64,000 bases of DNA, taken from positions 1,526 through 65,525 of the forward strand of contig CACLAC010000004.1 in the NCBI GenBank assembly GCA_902604785.1. The letters run 5' to 3'. The translations under genes and the position numbers were made by a program. Within the stretch, counting starts at the first letter, position 1. Each line of letters opens with the position of its first letter. This DNA is from an uncultured Pelagibacteraceae bacterium (GTDB taxonomy: Bacteria > Pseudomonadota > Alphaproteobacteria > Pelagibacterales > Pelagibacteraceae). Under the pieces are notes generated by a model. It worked only from the letters and a program-made list of their open reading frames with translations. It searched no databases and was not told the origin of the DNA. Below, in pieces: positions 47,478 to 56,668 of this stretch.

Positions 47478-49262
47478 CTAAGTATTTTTTTTAACTATTA
47501 TACTTAATTCTTTCAATTGCTCTTCATCAACATTAGAAGGAGCATTCATCATTAGATCCTGTGCATTTTGATTCATTGGAAACATTGTAACTTCTCTAAT
47601 ATTTTTTTCATTAGCTAAAAGCATTACTATTCTATCAAGTCCTGGGGCCAATCCTCCATGAGGTGGGGCTCCATAGCTTAGAGCATTTATCATTCCACTG
47701 AACTTTTTATCAACATCAGATTTTGAGTAACCTGCAATTTCAAATAGTTTATACATCAATTCTGGAATATGATTTCTTATTGCCCCAGAAGAAAGTTCAA
47801 CACCATTACACACAATATCATATTGATAAGCTTTCAAAGATAAAGGATCTGAAAAATCAATATTTTTAATATCTCCTTGTGGCATAGAAAAAGGATTATG
47901 ACTAAATTTTATTTTTTTTGTTTCTTCATCTTTTTCAAAAATTGGATAGTCTACTATCCAACAAAAAGAGAAGCAATTATCATCTATTAATTCTAATTCT
48001 TCGGCTAATTTTGTTCTTGCTAGATTTAAAATTTTTTCTATATCATTTTTATTTCCACAGGATAAAAATACAGTATCTCCTACTTTAGCTTTAGTAATTT
48101 TCATTATCTCCATTATTGATTGTTCCGAAAAAAATTTTCCAACAGGTCCTTTTCCTGATAATTTCTCATTTGTTTCGATCGTAAAGTATGCCAGTCCAGA
48201 TGAACCTTGCTCTTTTGCCCAATTATCTATTCCATCAAAAAAACTTCTGGGTTTATCTTTTGTATTTTTTGTTACTAAGCATCTAACAAGGGAACCTGAG
48301 TTAACAAGTTTTTTAAATATATCAAATTTTACATCATCTCTTTTAAAAATATCGGTTATATCAGATATTATAAGAGGATTTCTTAAATCTGGTTTGTCAG
48401 TTCCATATTTTAATAAAGCATCTGAATAAGTAATTTTTGGAAATTTATTTTGTAGAATTTTTTTATTAGAAAATTTTGTAAATACTTTTAAAAATAATTG
48501 CTCAAATACTTGAAACACATCCTCTTGTTCTACAAATGACATTTCTACATCTAATTGGTAAAATTCACCAGGACTCCTGTCTGCTCTTGCATCTTCATCT
48601 CTAAAACATGGGGCTATTTGAAAATATTTATCAAATCCTGAAACCATAATTAATTGTTTAAATTGTTGTGGAGCTTGTGGTAATGCATAAAATTTTCCTG
48701 GGTTCAACCTGCTTGGAACTAAAAAATCTCTTGCTCCTTCAGGACTTGATGAAGTTAATATTGGAGTCTGAAATTCTAGAAAACCTAACTTTTGCATTTC
48801 TGATCTTATAAATGATATTATTTTTGACCTTAAAATAATATTTTGATGAATTTTTTTTCTTCTTAAATCTAAAAATCTATATTTAAGTCTAATTTCTTCT
48901 GCATACTCTTGGTCGGAAAACACAGGCATAGGTAATTCCTTTGTGGCTCCTAATATTTCAAAAGTATCAATTGAAACTTCAATTTCTCCTGTTGATATAT
49001 TTAGATTTATAGTATCTTTTGTTCGCTCAACAACTTTGCCTTCAATTTTTACTACTGTTTCAAGAGGTAATTTTTCAATATCTTTAAAAATAGTATTACT
49101 TTTATCAATTACACATTGAGTTAACCCATAATTATCTCTTAAATCAATAAATAATAAATTTCCATGGTCTCTTTTTTTATTTATCCAACCGGATAAAATT
49201 ATTTGATTTCCTTTGTGAGTTAAATTTAACTCATTGCAATTATGTGTTCTATATTTAGTCAA
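47478..49262 (-). CDS. aspS: Aspartate--tRNA(Asp/Asn) ligase (TTG start)
   Basis: YRTH.C, RDHG (His typical of the non-discriminating type), ALPQAPQQFKQ, FRDED.RADR and PPHGG motifs. Confidence 0.98.
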   Translation of the reverse strand: MTKYRTHNCNELNLTHKGNQIILSGWINKKRDHGNLLFIDLRDNYGLTQCVIDKSNTIFKDIEKLPLETVVKIEGKVVERTKDTINLNISTGEIEVSIDTFEILGATKELPMPVFSDQEYAEEIRLKYRFLDLRRKKIHQNIILRSKIISFIRSEMQKLGFLEFQTPILTSSSPEGARDFLVPSRLNPGKFYALPQAPQQFKQLIMVSGFDKYFQIAPCFRDEDARADRSPGEFYQLDVEMSFVEQEDVFQVFEQLFLKVFTKFSNKKILQNKFPKITYSDALLKYGTDKPDLRNPLIISDITDIFKRDDVKFDIFKKLVNSGSLVRCLVTKNTKDKPRSFFDGIDNWAKEQGSSGLAYFTIETNEKLSGKGPVGKFFSEQSIMEIMKITKAKVGDTVFLSCGNKNDIEKILNLARTKLAEELELIDDNCFSFCWIVDYPIFEKDEETKKIKFSHNPFSMPQGDIKNIDFSDPLSLKAYQYDIVCNGVELSSGAIRNHIPELMYKLFEIAGYSKSDVDKKFSGMINALSYGAPPHGGLAPGLDRIVMLLANEKNIREVTMFPMNQNAQDLMMNAPSNVDEEQLKELSIIVKKNT

Positions 49263-49264
49263 TT

Positions 49265-49921
49265 TTACAAAATTTCTTTTATTGTTTTTAAATTTATAGG
49301 TTTTTTCTTTTTTAAACTAAGCTCATCAATCTTATATATAAATTCAGATATTTTGCCATAGGATCTGTCTATCCTATTAATTACAAATTCTATTATTTTC
49401 TTTTCTAATTTAATTTGACGATCAGAGAAATTCTTTAAAATAATTGCAAAAATTAAGTCATCATCTGGAGGATCAATCTTGGCATGTAATACATTTTTTG
49501 ATCTAGAAGCTAAATCTGGAAGCTTAAAATTGATTTCAGCTATTGGGGTTTCGGAATTAATTAATAAATACTTACTATCTTGATCTACTAAATTCAAAAT
49601 AGAATAAGTTAATTTTTCATCAAAGGCGTTTGAAAATCCATCAATTATAATACTTTCATATAATTTAATTTTTTTAAATATTTCATCATTTATTTGATTT
49701 TCATTTAAAAAAAGCGCTGAAGCTTTTGATTTAAAAATATTAGCAAGATGAGTTTTTCCAGAGAATTTTTCACCACTTATATTGAGAATTTTTTTTTCCC
49801 ATTTTGGCCATTTATCAATAAGATTGAATGCAAAATAGTTACTTACGGAAACATAATAATCATGATCATTAAAATTTGTTTTGATATCAAAATCTAATAA
49901 TAGTTGATTTAATTCTTTCAT
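49265..49921 (-). CDS. HdaA/DnaA-family ATPase
   Basis: QLLLDF clamp-binding-like motif, GEKFSGKTHL, PDLASR, DRQ and RIDRS; likely ATG at 49921. Confidence 0.88.
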   Translation of the reverse strand: MKELNQLLLDFDIKTNFNDHDYYVSVSNYFAFNLIDKWPKWEKKILNISGEKFSGKTHLANIFKSKASALFLNENQINDEIFKKIKLYESIIIDGFSNAFDEKLTYSILNLVDQDSKYLLINSETPIAEINFKLPDLASRSKNVLHAKIDPPDDDLIFAIILKNFSDRQIKLEKKIIEFVINRIDRSYGKISEFIYKIDELSLKKKKPINLKTIKEIL

Positions 49922-50994
49922 TTTACTTTCCAAATCTCTTGGGAAGAATCTATTCTAAAATTATATAAAGACATAATATCTATTAATTTATTTGGATTGC
50001 CATTAAAAATTATTTTATAGACAATTTCTTTATTGTTAAACATTTCAATTTTAAAGTCAGAAATAAGGTCAATCGAGGAAAGATTATTTTCTAGTTTTTC
50101 AGAAAATTTAGTATCTTCTGCATTAATAGATAATCTTATAGGCAGTTCTATAGCTGTGTTTATTTTATTTATTGATTTCCACTTATCTTCATAACTATCT
50201 TTTATATTAAGTATAATTGTACTGATCTCATCTTTATCTTGAATATCGTATAGATTGTAAATATTATTTAAAAGTAAATCCTTTTTACCAAATTTAATTT
50301 TAGAAAAAATTCTTATTTTTGAATCAGATTTTAATATAATTAAAATTATTTCATTTTTTAAATTATATTTTTCTGTTATTTCTTTAAAACTATAGTTTTC
50401 AATATTATCAATATTTTTTTTAATTATGTTGTAATCCTCAATATCTTCATTAGGCAAAACATATTTTATCAAATGATGATTTTTTTTGTTATGGTTCCAA
50501 TTATTATAAAAAATATTTTGATTTAAATAATAAAGTTCATTTGAATTTGTGTCGATAAGTATAGGAAGTATAATAACTTTAATTTCAGTAGGTGAAGATG
50601 GTATTAAATCTTTGTTATTTAAATAGTTAAGAATCTTCTTTTTATTAAACTGTACATTGAATTGGGCAATATATTTATTATCTACAAACATTTCATCACT
50701 TATTGAAAAATTTTCAATTAAGCTTTTTTTATCTTTTAAAGAAATTATATTAATTTTTGATTTATCTTTATTTTCAATAAGTTTATATAATAAAATTTTA
50801 AAGGCTTTACCAAATGCTTTATCTACAACTTTTGATTTGTCAAAATTTATATCATAGACCTCTTCTACTTTAATATTTGAAACATTATAATTTTTACCTA
50901 AAGCTAAATTTGTGGAAAACTCATTAAAAAAAAAGACTAATATTAAAAAAAAAATGTATAGATAAGAATAATTTTTTTTTTTAAACAATAACAT
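49918..50994 (-). CDS. Hypothetical exported protein (DUF2066-like position upstream of purM)
   Basis: N-terminal hydrophobic segment; synteny between hdaA and purM. Confidence 0.6.
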   Translation of the reverse strand: MLLFKKKNYSYLYIFFLILVFFFNEFSTNLALGKNYNVSNIKVEEVYDINFDKSKVVDKAFGKAFKILLYKLIENKDKSKINIISLKDKKSLIENFSISDEMFVDNKYIAQFNVQFNKKKILNYLNNKDLIPSSPTEIKVIILPILIDTNSNELYYLNQNIFYNNWNHNKKNHHLIKYVLPNEDIEDYNIIKKNIDNIENYSFKEITEKYNLKNEIILIILKSDSKIRIFSKIKFGKKDLLLNNIYNLYDIQDKDEISTIILNIKDSYEDKWKSINKINTAIELPIRLSINAEDTKFSEKLENNLSSIDLISDFKIEMFNNKEIVYKIIFNGNPNKLIDIMSLYNFRIDSSQEIWKVK

Positions 50995-51005
50995 TTGTAT
51001 TTAAT

Positions 51006-52019
51006 ATGAGTTTAGGAAAGTTAACATATTCAAAAAGTGGGGTTAACATTAAGAAAGCTGATAAGTTTGTAAAGCATATTTCTAAAAAAACAAATAAAAG
51101 TGGTGATTTTAAGAACATAGGAGGATTTGGGGCTATATCAAATATACCCAAAAAACTAAACAATCCACATATTGTTACCAGCACAGATGGTGTAGGAACT
51201 AAAATCGAAATTGCAAATGATATAAAAAAATTTAACACAATTGGAATAGATCTTGTGGCAATGTGCGTTAATGATCTTATTGTACAGGGTGCAAAACCAT
51301 ATTTATTTTTAGATTATATTTCTACAAATAAAATAAATTTAAAAAAACTTAAAAATATTTTCAAAGGAATAATAAAAGGATGTGAGATTGCAAATTGTAA
51401 ACTTGTTGGAGGAGAAACTGCAGAAATGCCAGGAACTTATGAGAATGGAAAATTTGATATTGCCGGATTTTCTGTAGGATTAGTAGAAAAAAATAAAATT
51501 CTAAAAGGAAAAATAAAAAAAAACGATATAATTTTAGCTGTTCCCTCAAGTGGTATTCATTCAAATGGATATTCTTTAGTAAGAGAATTAATAAAAAGAA
51601 AAAGAATTAATATTAATAAAAACAAATTTTTAAAAACTGAGTTAATTAGACCAACTAAAATTTATGTTAAAGAAGTTCTAAATTTAATTAATAAAAATAT
51701 TTTAAATGGTTGTGCTAATATTACAGGAGGTGGATTAAAGGATAATATTAAAAGAATTATTCCAAACAATCTTTGTGCTGAAATAGATTTAAATAAAATT
51801 AATACATTAAAAATTTTTAAATGGTTAAAATATTCGGGTATTGAAGAAAAAGAAATGTTAAGAACTTTTAATTGCGGTGTTGGATTTTGTTTAATTATAA
51901 ATAAAAAAAATATTCAAAAAGTAAAAAAATATTTTTCTAAAAAATTTCAACCTTATGTTATTGGTAAAATTTCAAAAAATTATAAAAAAGTAAAATTTAA
52001 TGGGAAAATTAAATGGTAA
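51006..52019 (+). CDS. purM: Phosphoribosylformylglycinamidine cyclo-ligase
   Basis: TDGVGTK, DLVAMCVND, GGETAEMPG, SSGIHSNGYS and RTFNCG motifs. Confidence 0.98.
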   Translation: MSLGKLTYSKSGVNIKKADKFVKHISKKTNKSGDFKNIGGFGAISNIPKKLNNPHIVTSTDGVGTKIEIANDIKKFNTIGIDLVAMCVNDLIVQGAKPYLFLDYISTNKINLKKLKNIFKGIIKGCEIANCKLVGGETAEMPGTYENGKFDIAGFSVGLVEKNKILKGKIKKNDIILAVPSSGIHSNGYSLVRELIKRKRININKNKFLKTELIRPTKIYVKEVLNLINKNILNGCANITGGGLKDNIKRIIPNNLCAEIDLNKINTLKIFKWLKYSGIEEKEMLRTFNCGVGFCLIINKKNIQKVKKYFSKKFQPYVIGKISKNYKKVKFNGKIKW

Positions 52020-52581
52020 AAAAATAAATACAGCTGTATTTATTTCTGGCAGAGGTAGCAATCTAAAATCACTCGTTAAGAATTCTAAAAAAAAAAATTC
52101 ACCAGTGATTATCAGGTTAGTTATTTCAAATAATCTAAAAGCAAAAGGATTGATTTATGCAAAAAAATTAAAAATTAAAACATATGTAACAGATTATAAA
52201 AATGTAAATATTTCTGAAAAAAAATTGTTGGAAAAACTATTCAAATATAAAATTAATTTAATTTGTCTTGCTGGATTTATGAAGATTCTTTCAGGGAATT
52301 TTATTAAAAAATTCAAAAAACCTATATTAAATATTCATCCATCATTGTTACCCAAATACAAGGGTTTAAGCACCCATAAGAAAGTTATTAATAATAAAGA
52401 AAAATATTCTGGTTCAACAGTTCACCTTGTTTCTTCAAAATTAGACTCTGGACATATTATATTACAAAAAAAAATTAAAGTTTCAAAATTTGATAATGAA
52501 AAAACCTTGGAAAAAAAAATACTCAAAATCGAACATATACTTTATCCAAAAGCTATAAAAAAATTTTTAGCTAGTCTTTAA
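52000..52581 (+). CDS. purN: Phosphoribosylglycinamide formyltransferase
   Basis: ISGRGSNL, LAGFMKIL, NIHPSLLP and LDSG motifs. Confidence 0.97.
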   Translation: MGKLNGKKINTAVFISGRGSNLKSLVKNSKKKNSPVIIRLVISNNLKAKGLIYAKKLKIKTYVTDYKNVNISEKKLLEKLFKYKINLICLAGFMKILSGNFIKKFKKPILNIHPSLLPKYKGLSTHKKVINNKEKYSGSTVHLVSSKLDSGHIILQKKIKVSKFDNEKTLEKKILKIEHILYPKAIKKFLASL

Positions 52582-52981
52582 AGAAAAAATCAATCTCTAT
52601 CTTTGCGTTTTCAACGCTGTCTGAGCCATGAACAGAATTTTTATCTATTGATATGCCGTATTTTTTTCTTAATGTGCCCTCATTAGCTTCTTTTGGATTG
52701 GTGGCACCCATTAATTGCCTATTATCTAGAATAGCATTATCTTTTTCGAGTGCCATTACAACTATTGGCCCAGATGATAGATAGGCGCACAAATCATTAT
52801 AAAAGGGTTTTGTTTGGTGTACCTTGTAAAATTGTTCTGCTTCAGATTTATTTATGTGAATTTTTTTTTCTTTTACAATTGAAAATCCATTTTTTTTGAA
52901 TTCCTCTTTAATTTCATCCTGTAAATCTCTTTCTACAGCATCTGGTTTAATAATTGATAAAGTTTGTTCAGTATTACTCAT
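52571..52981 (-). CDS. ndk: Nucleoside-diphosphate kinase
   Basis: IIKPDA, MGATNP and NSVHGSDS motifs; likely ATG at 52981 overlapping the pepA stop. Confidence 0.97.
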   Translation of the reverse strand: MSNTEQTLSIIKPDAVERDLQDEIKEEFKKNGFSIVKEKKIHINKSEAEQFYKVHQTKPFYNDLCAYLSSGPIVVMALEKDNAILDNRQLMGATNPKEANEGTLRKKYGISIDKNSVHGSDSVENAKIEIDFFFKD

Positions 52982-54410
52982 AATTATCCTCAACAAATTT
53001 ATTTAATAATCTTACTCCATAACCAGTAGCTCCACCCGAATTTAGAGCTCCTCCATATTTTGAAAAAGCCATTCCGGCTATATCGAGATGAGCCCATGGT
53101 GTTTTATTAATTATAAATCTTTGTAAAAACTGAGCTGCTGTAGTTGATCCAGCACCACCTACATAATTAATATTTTGCATATCTGCGTTTTTAGAGTTTA
53201 TCAGTTTATCAAAATTTTTGTGAAGAGGCATTCTCCATAATTTTTCATCAACTATTTCACCTGCTTCAACTAATTGTTTTGATAGTTTATCATCATTAGA
53301 AAAAAGTCCTGCATACTCTGAACCTAAAGAAACAATGATAGCACCAGTTAAAGTTGCCAAATCAATAATGAATTTAGGTTTAAATTTTTTTTCAGTGAAA
53401 GTTAATGCATCTGCTAAAACCAATCTACCTTCAGCATCAGTATTTAATACTTCTATAGTTTTTCCACTATAAGATTTCACAATATCGCCAGGTCTTTGAG
53501 CATTCCCACTCACCATGTTTTCAACAAGACCTACCACACCAACTGCATTAATTTTTGCTTTTCTTAAGGCTAAAGTTTTCATTAAACCTACTACAGCAGC
53601 TGAACCTGCCATATCATAAGTCATATCTTCCATAAATCTTGCTGGTTTGAGCGAGTAACCACCAGTATCAAAACAAACTCCTTTTCCAACAAATGCTAAA
53701 GGTTTTGGTTTTGATTTATTTCCTTTCCATTCAACTGTTACAAGATAAGAACCTCTAATACTTCCCTGCCCCACTCCAAGCAAAGCATTACAACCTAATT
53801 TTTTTAATTTTTTTTCATTATAAACTGTTACCTTCAGTCCAATTTTTTTTAATTTAAGTAATCTTTTTGCATATTCATCTGGATGTAAAATATTTCCAGG
53901 TTCAGAAACTAGATCTCTTGTAAAGAAAACTCCTTCTAATAATGCATCTAATTTTTTTCTTAATAAGTTAGATTTAGTTGTTTGTATGCCTAAAATATTT
54001 AAATTAAAGTTTTTATTTTTTTTGTTATTCGATTTATAAATGTTAAAACTGTAAGATTTAAGCTTTACACCGTGTATAACCTTTTCTAATTGTGTAAGGT
54101 TAATATCAATTTTGCTAATATCAATATAAGAGTTTTCTATTTTATTTTTATTCAAATAATCAAATAATTTTGAACCAATATTTTCGTAATCAGATGATAT
54201 CTTTAATTTTTTACAATTAATAAAAATATAATTTATATTCTTATACTCTCTTTGTATAAATAATTGATCTTTAAATAATTCATTATCCAAAACTGATTTT
54301 AGGATTGAATTCAAAATACTATTTTTAATCTTTTTCTCTTTAACAAAAACTATACCATTTACCATCTTGGCTTTTGTTAGTTTTCTTGTAAAATTTACTT
54401 TTATGTTCAT
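52974..54410 (-). CDS. pepA: Leucyl aminopeptidase
   Basis: VGKGVCFDTGG, DMAG, NTDAEGRL and WAHLDIAG motifs. Confidence 0.97.
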   Translation of the reverse strand: MNIKVNFTRKLTKAKMVNGIVFVKEKKIKNSILNSILKSVLDNELFKDQLFIQREYKNINYIFINCKKLKISSDYENIGSKLFDYLNKNKIENSYIDISKIDINLTQLEKVIHGVKLKSYSFNIYKSNNKKNKNFNLNILGIQTTKSNLLRKKLDALLEGVFFTRDLVSEPGNILHPDEYAKRLLKLKKIGLKVTVYNEKKLKKLGCNALLGVGQGSIRGSYLVTVEWKGNKSKPKPLAFVGKGVCFDTGGYSLKPARFMEDMTYDMAGSAAVVGLMKTLALRKAKINAVGVVGLVENMVSGNAQRPGDIVKSYSGKTIEVLNTDAEGRLVLADALTFTEKKFKPKFIIDLATLTGAIIVSLGSEYAGLFSNDDKLSKQLVEAGEIVDEKLWRMPLHKNFDKLINSKNADMQNINYVGGAGSTTAAQFLQRFIINKTPWAHLDIAGMAFSKYGGALNSGGATGYGVRLLNKFVEDNYE

Positions 54411-54464
54411 TTTTTTGAAATATTTAATAGATAATGTTGTATATTTATTAAAATAAAAATTTCA

Positions 54465-55589
54465 ATGAATAAATTAATTTTTAGAAAATTAGCCTCAGAC
54501 GTATTGTCTTTTTTTGTGGTAGCTTCACTAAGTATAACTCTAATAGTTTGGGTAATTCAAGCTGTAAATTTTCTGGACATAGTGTCGGAAGATGGTCATA
54601 GCTTAAAAATTTACTTTAGCTACACAATTTTAAATTTGCCTAGAATATTTAGCAAAGTATTAATTTTTATATTTTTTATTTCAGCTTTTTATATTATCAA
54701 TAAATATGAAGAAAATAATGAAATATTAGTTTTTTGGACAAATGGAATAAAAAAGATAAATTTTATAAATTTTATTTTTAAGCTATCTTTTTTTTTCGTG
54801 TTTTTACAACTAATTCTAAGCATTTTAATAGTTCCTTACACGCAAAATTTAAGCAGAACATATTTAAAAGATTCTAATATAGATTTTTTACCAACTTTAA
54901 TTTCTGAAAAAAAATTCATTAATATATTCAATAATTTAACTATTTTTGTAGAAAAATATAATAAGGATGGAAATATTGAAAAAATTTTTATTAATGAAAA
55001 AATTAATGACGAAAATTCAAAAATTATTATTGCTGAAAATGCAAAAATAATAAAATTAAATGAAAAGTATAAAATTAAATTATTGAATGGAGGTATTACA
55101 AATATTAATGACAAAAATATATATAATATAAATTTTAAAGAAACTGAATATGATCTATCAAAATTTACAACAAAAAGTATTACTCATCCTAAAATACAAG
55201 AAATAAGTACTCTAAATTTAATAAATTGTTATCAAAATTATAAACCAAATAAAATTTATGAAATCAATGATATTTGTAGAAATAGAGACTTGAAATCTAT
55301 TTCGGAAGAAATGTTTAAAAGATTTATTATTCCTTTTTATATAATTATACTATCTCTTATTTCATCAAGTTTAATTATAAAACCAAAAAAAAATTTTTTA
55401 TTAAAATATTATAAATTCATTATTTTTATTTTGGGTTTTTTAGTTACAGTTATTTCACAAATAAGTTTCAAATTTATTTCACAGTCAAAAAATTTAGATT
55501 TAATTGTAATCTCAACTCCTTTATTTTTGATTTTTTTTTATTATTCATTTTTAATATTAAAAACTAAATCTAAATTAAAAACATCATGA
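54465..55589 (+). CDS. lptF: LPS export permease LptF
   Basis: YjgP/Q topology (3 TM, periplasmic domain, 3 TM); divergent from pepA. Confidence 0.85.
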   Translation: MNKLIFRKLASDVLSFFVVASLSITLIVWVIQAVNFLDIVSEDGHSLKIYFSYTILNLPRIFSKVLIFIFFISAFYIINKYEENNEILVFWTNGIKKINFINFIFKLSFFFVFLQLILSILIVPYTQNLSRTYLKDSNIDFLPTLISEKKFINIFNNLTIFVEKYNKDGNIEKIFINEKINDENSKIIIAENAKIIKLNEKYKIKLLNGGITNINDKNIYNINFKETEYDLSKFTTKSITHPKIQEISTLNLINCYQNYKPNKIYEINDICRNRDLKSISEEMFKRFIIPFYIIILSLISSSLIIKPKKNFLLKYYKFIIFILGFLVTVISQISFKFISQSKNLDLIVISTPLFLIFFYYSFLILKTKSKLKTS

Positions 55590-56668
55590 TAATAAAAAAA
55601 TATCAAAAATATTTAATTAAAACTTATTTTTATAATTTTGTTATTGTGTCGTTGGTTTTTTTAAGTCTAGGTTTTATTCTTAATTTTTTCGAAGAATTGA
55701 AATTTTTTAATGATTATGAAACTACAGCTTTTTATCCTGTAATACTCGCTTTGTTAAATACACCATCTGTTTTATTTGAACTTTTTCCTTTTATATTTTT
55801 AATTACAACAAAATTTTTTTATATTTTTCTTAATGATAGAAATGAAATTGAAATTTTAAAAAATAATGGAATTAGTTATTCTAAAATTTTAACAATTTTA
55901 TCAATATCTTCTTTTATTATGGGGGTAATAATTCTTTTATCTTACTACACCTTCTCATCAAATTTAAAATACCACTATTATAATTTAAAAAATAGTTTCA
56001 CTGAGCAGAATGAATATCTTGCAGTAGTTAATGAATCTGGGCTTTGGATTAAAGAAGAAATTGATGAAACTATTAACATTATACATGCTAAGCAATTTAA
56101 AGAAAATATAATTGAAAAAATAACTATAACACAAACAAATTCAAAATTTAAAATGCCCAATACTATTATTGCTGAAAAAGCAGATATTTCTAAAAAATTG
56201 TGGGATTTGATTAATGTAAAAATTATTAATTATAAAGGAGAAAAAAAGAACCTTTCTAATTTACAATATAAATCTTCATTTAATGGAGAAATAGTTGCAA
56301 ATTTATTTTCTAATCTTAATTCCTTGAATCTATATCAACTCTATGAATTATCAGAAAATTACTCAAATATAGGTTATTCAACAACAAATGTAATGGTTCA
56401 TCTAAATAAATTATACAGTTTGCCTATCTTTTTTCTATTAATGACAGTATTAGGTTTTTTAATTATGATTAAATTTAAATTTATTAAAACAAAATTTTTT
56501 ACAGTGATTATTGGTGTTATAATCTCTGTAACAGTTTATTATTTAAATTATTTTTCAAGTTTGTTCGGATCTAATGAAACTTTGCCAATTGGTCTTTCTA
56601 TATGGTTGCCTCATTTGATTCTTTTGTTAATTTGTTCATTAGTTATGGTTAGAATAAATGAATTATAA
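55586..56668 (+). CDS. lptG: LPS export permease LptG
   Basis: YjgP/Q topology; GLWIK and W.P motifs. Confidence 0.85.
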   Translation: MIIKKYQKYLIKTYFYNFVIVSLVFLSLGFILNFFEELKFFNDYETTAFYPVILALLNTPSVLFELFPFIFLITTKFFYIFLNDRNEIEILKNNGISYSKILTILSISSFIMGVIILLSYYTFSSNLKYHYYNLKNSFTEQNEYLAVVNESGLWIKEEIDETINIIHAKQFKENIIEKITITQTNSKFKMPNTIIAEKADISKKLWDLINVKIINYKGEKKNLSNLQYKSSFNGEIVANLFSNLNSLNLYQLYELSENYSNIGYSTTNVMVHLNKLYSLPIFFLLMTVLGFLIMIKFKFIKTKFFTVIIGVIISVTVYYLNYFSSLFGSNETLPIGLSIWLPHLILLLICSLVMVRINEL

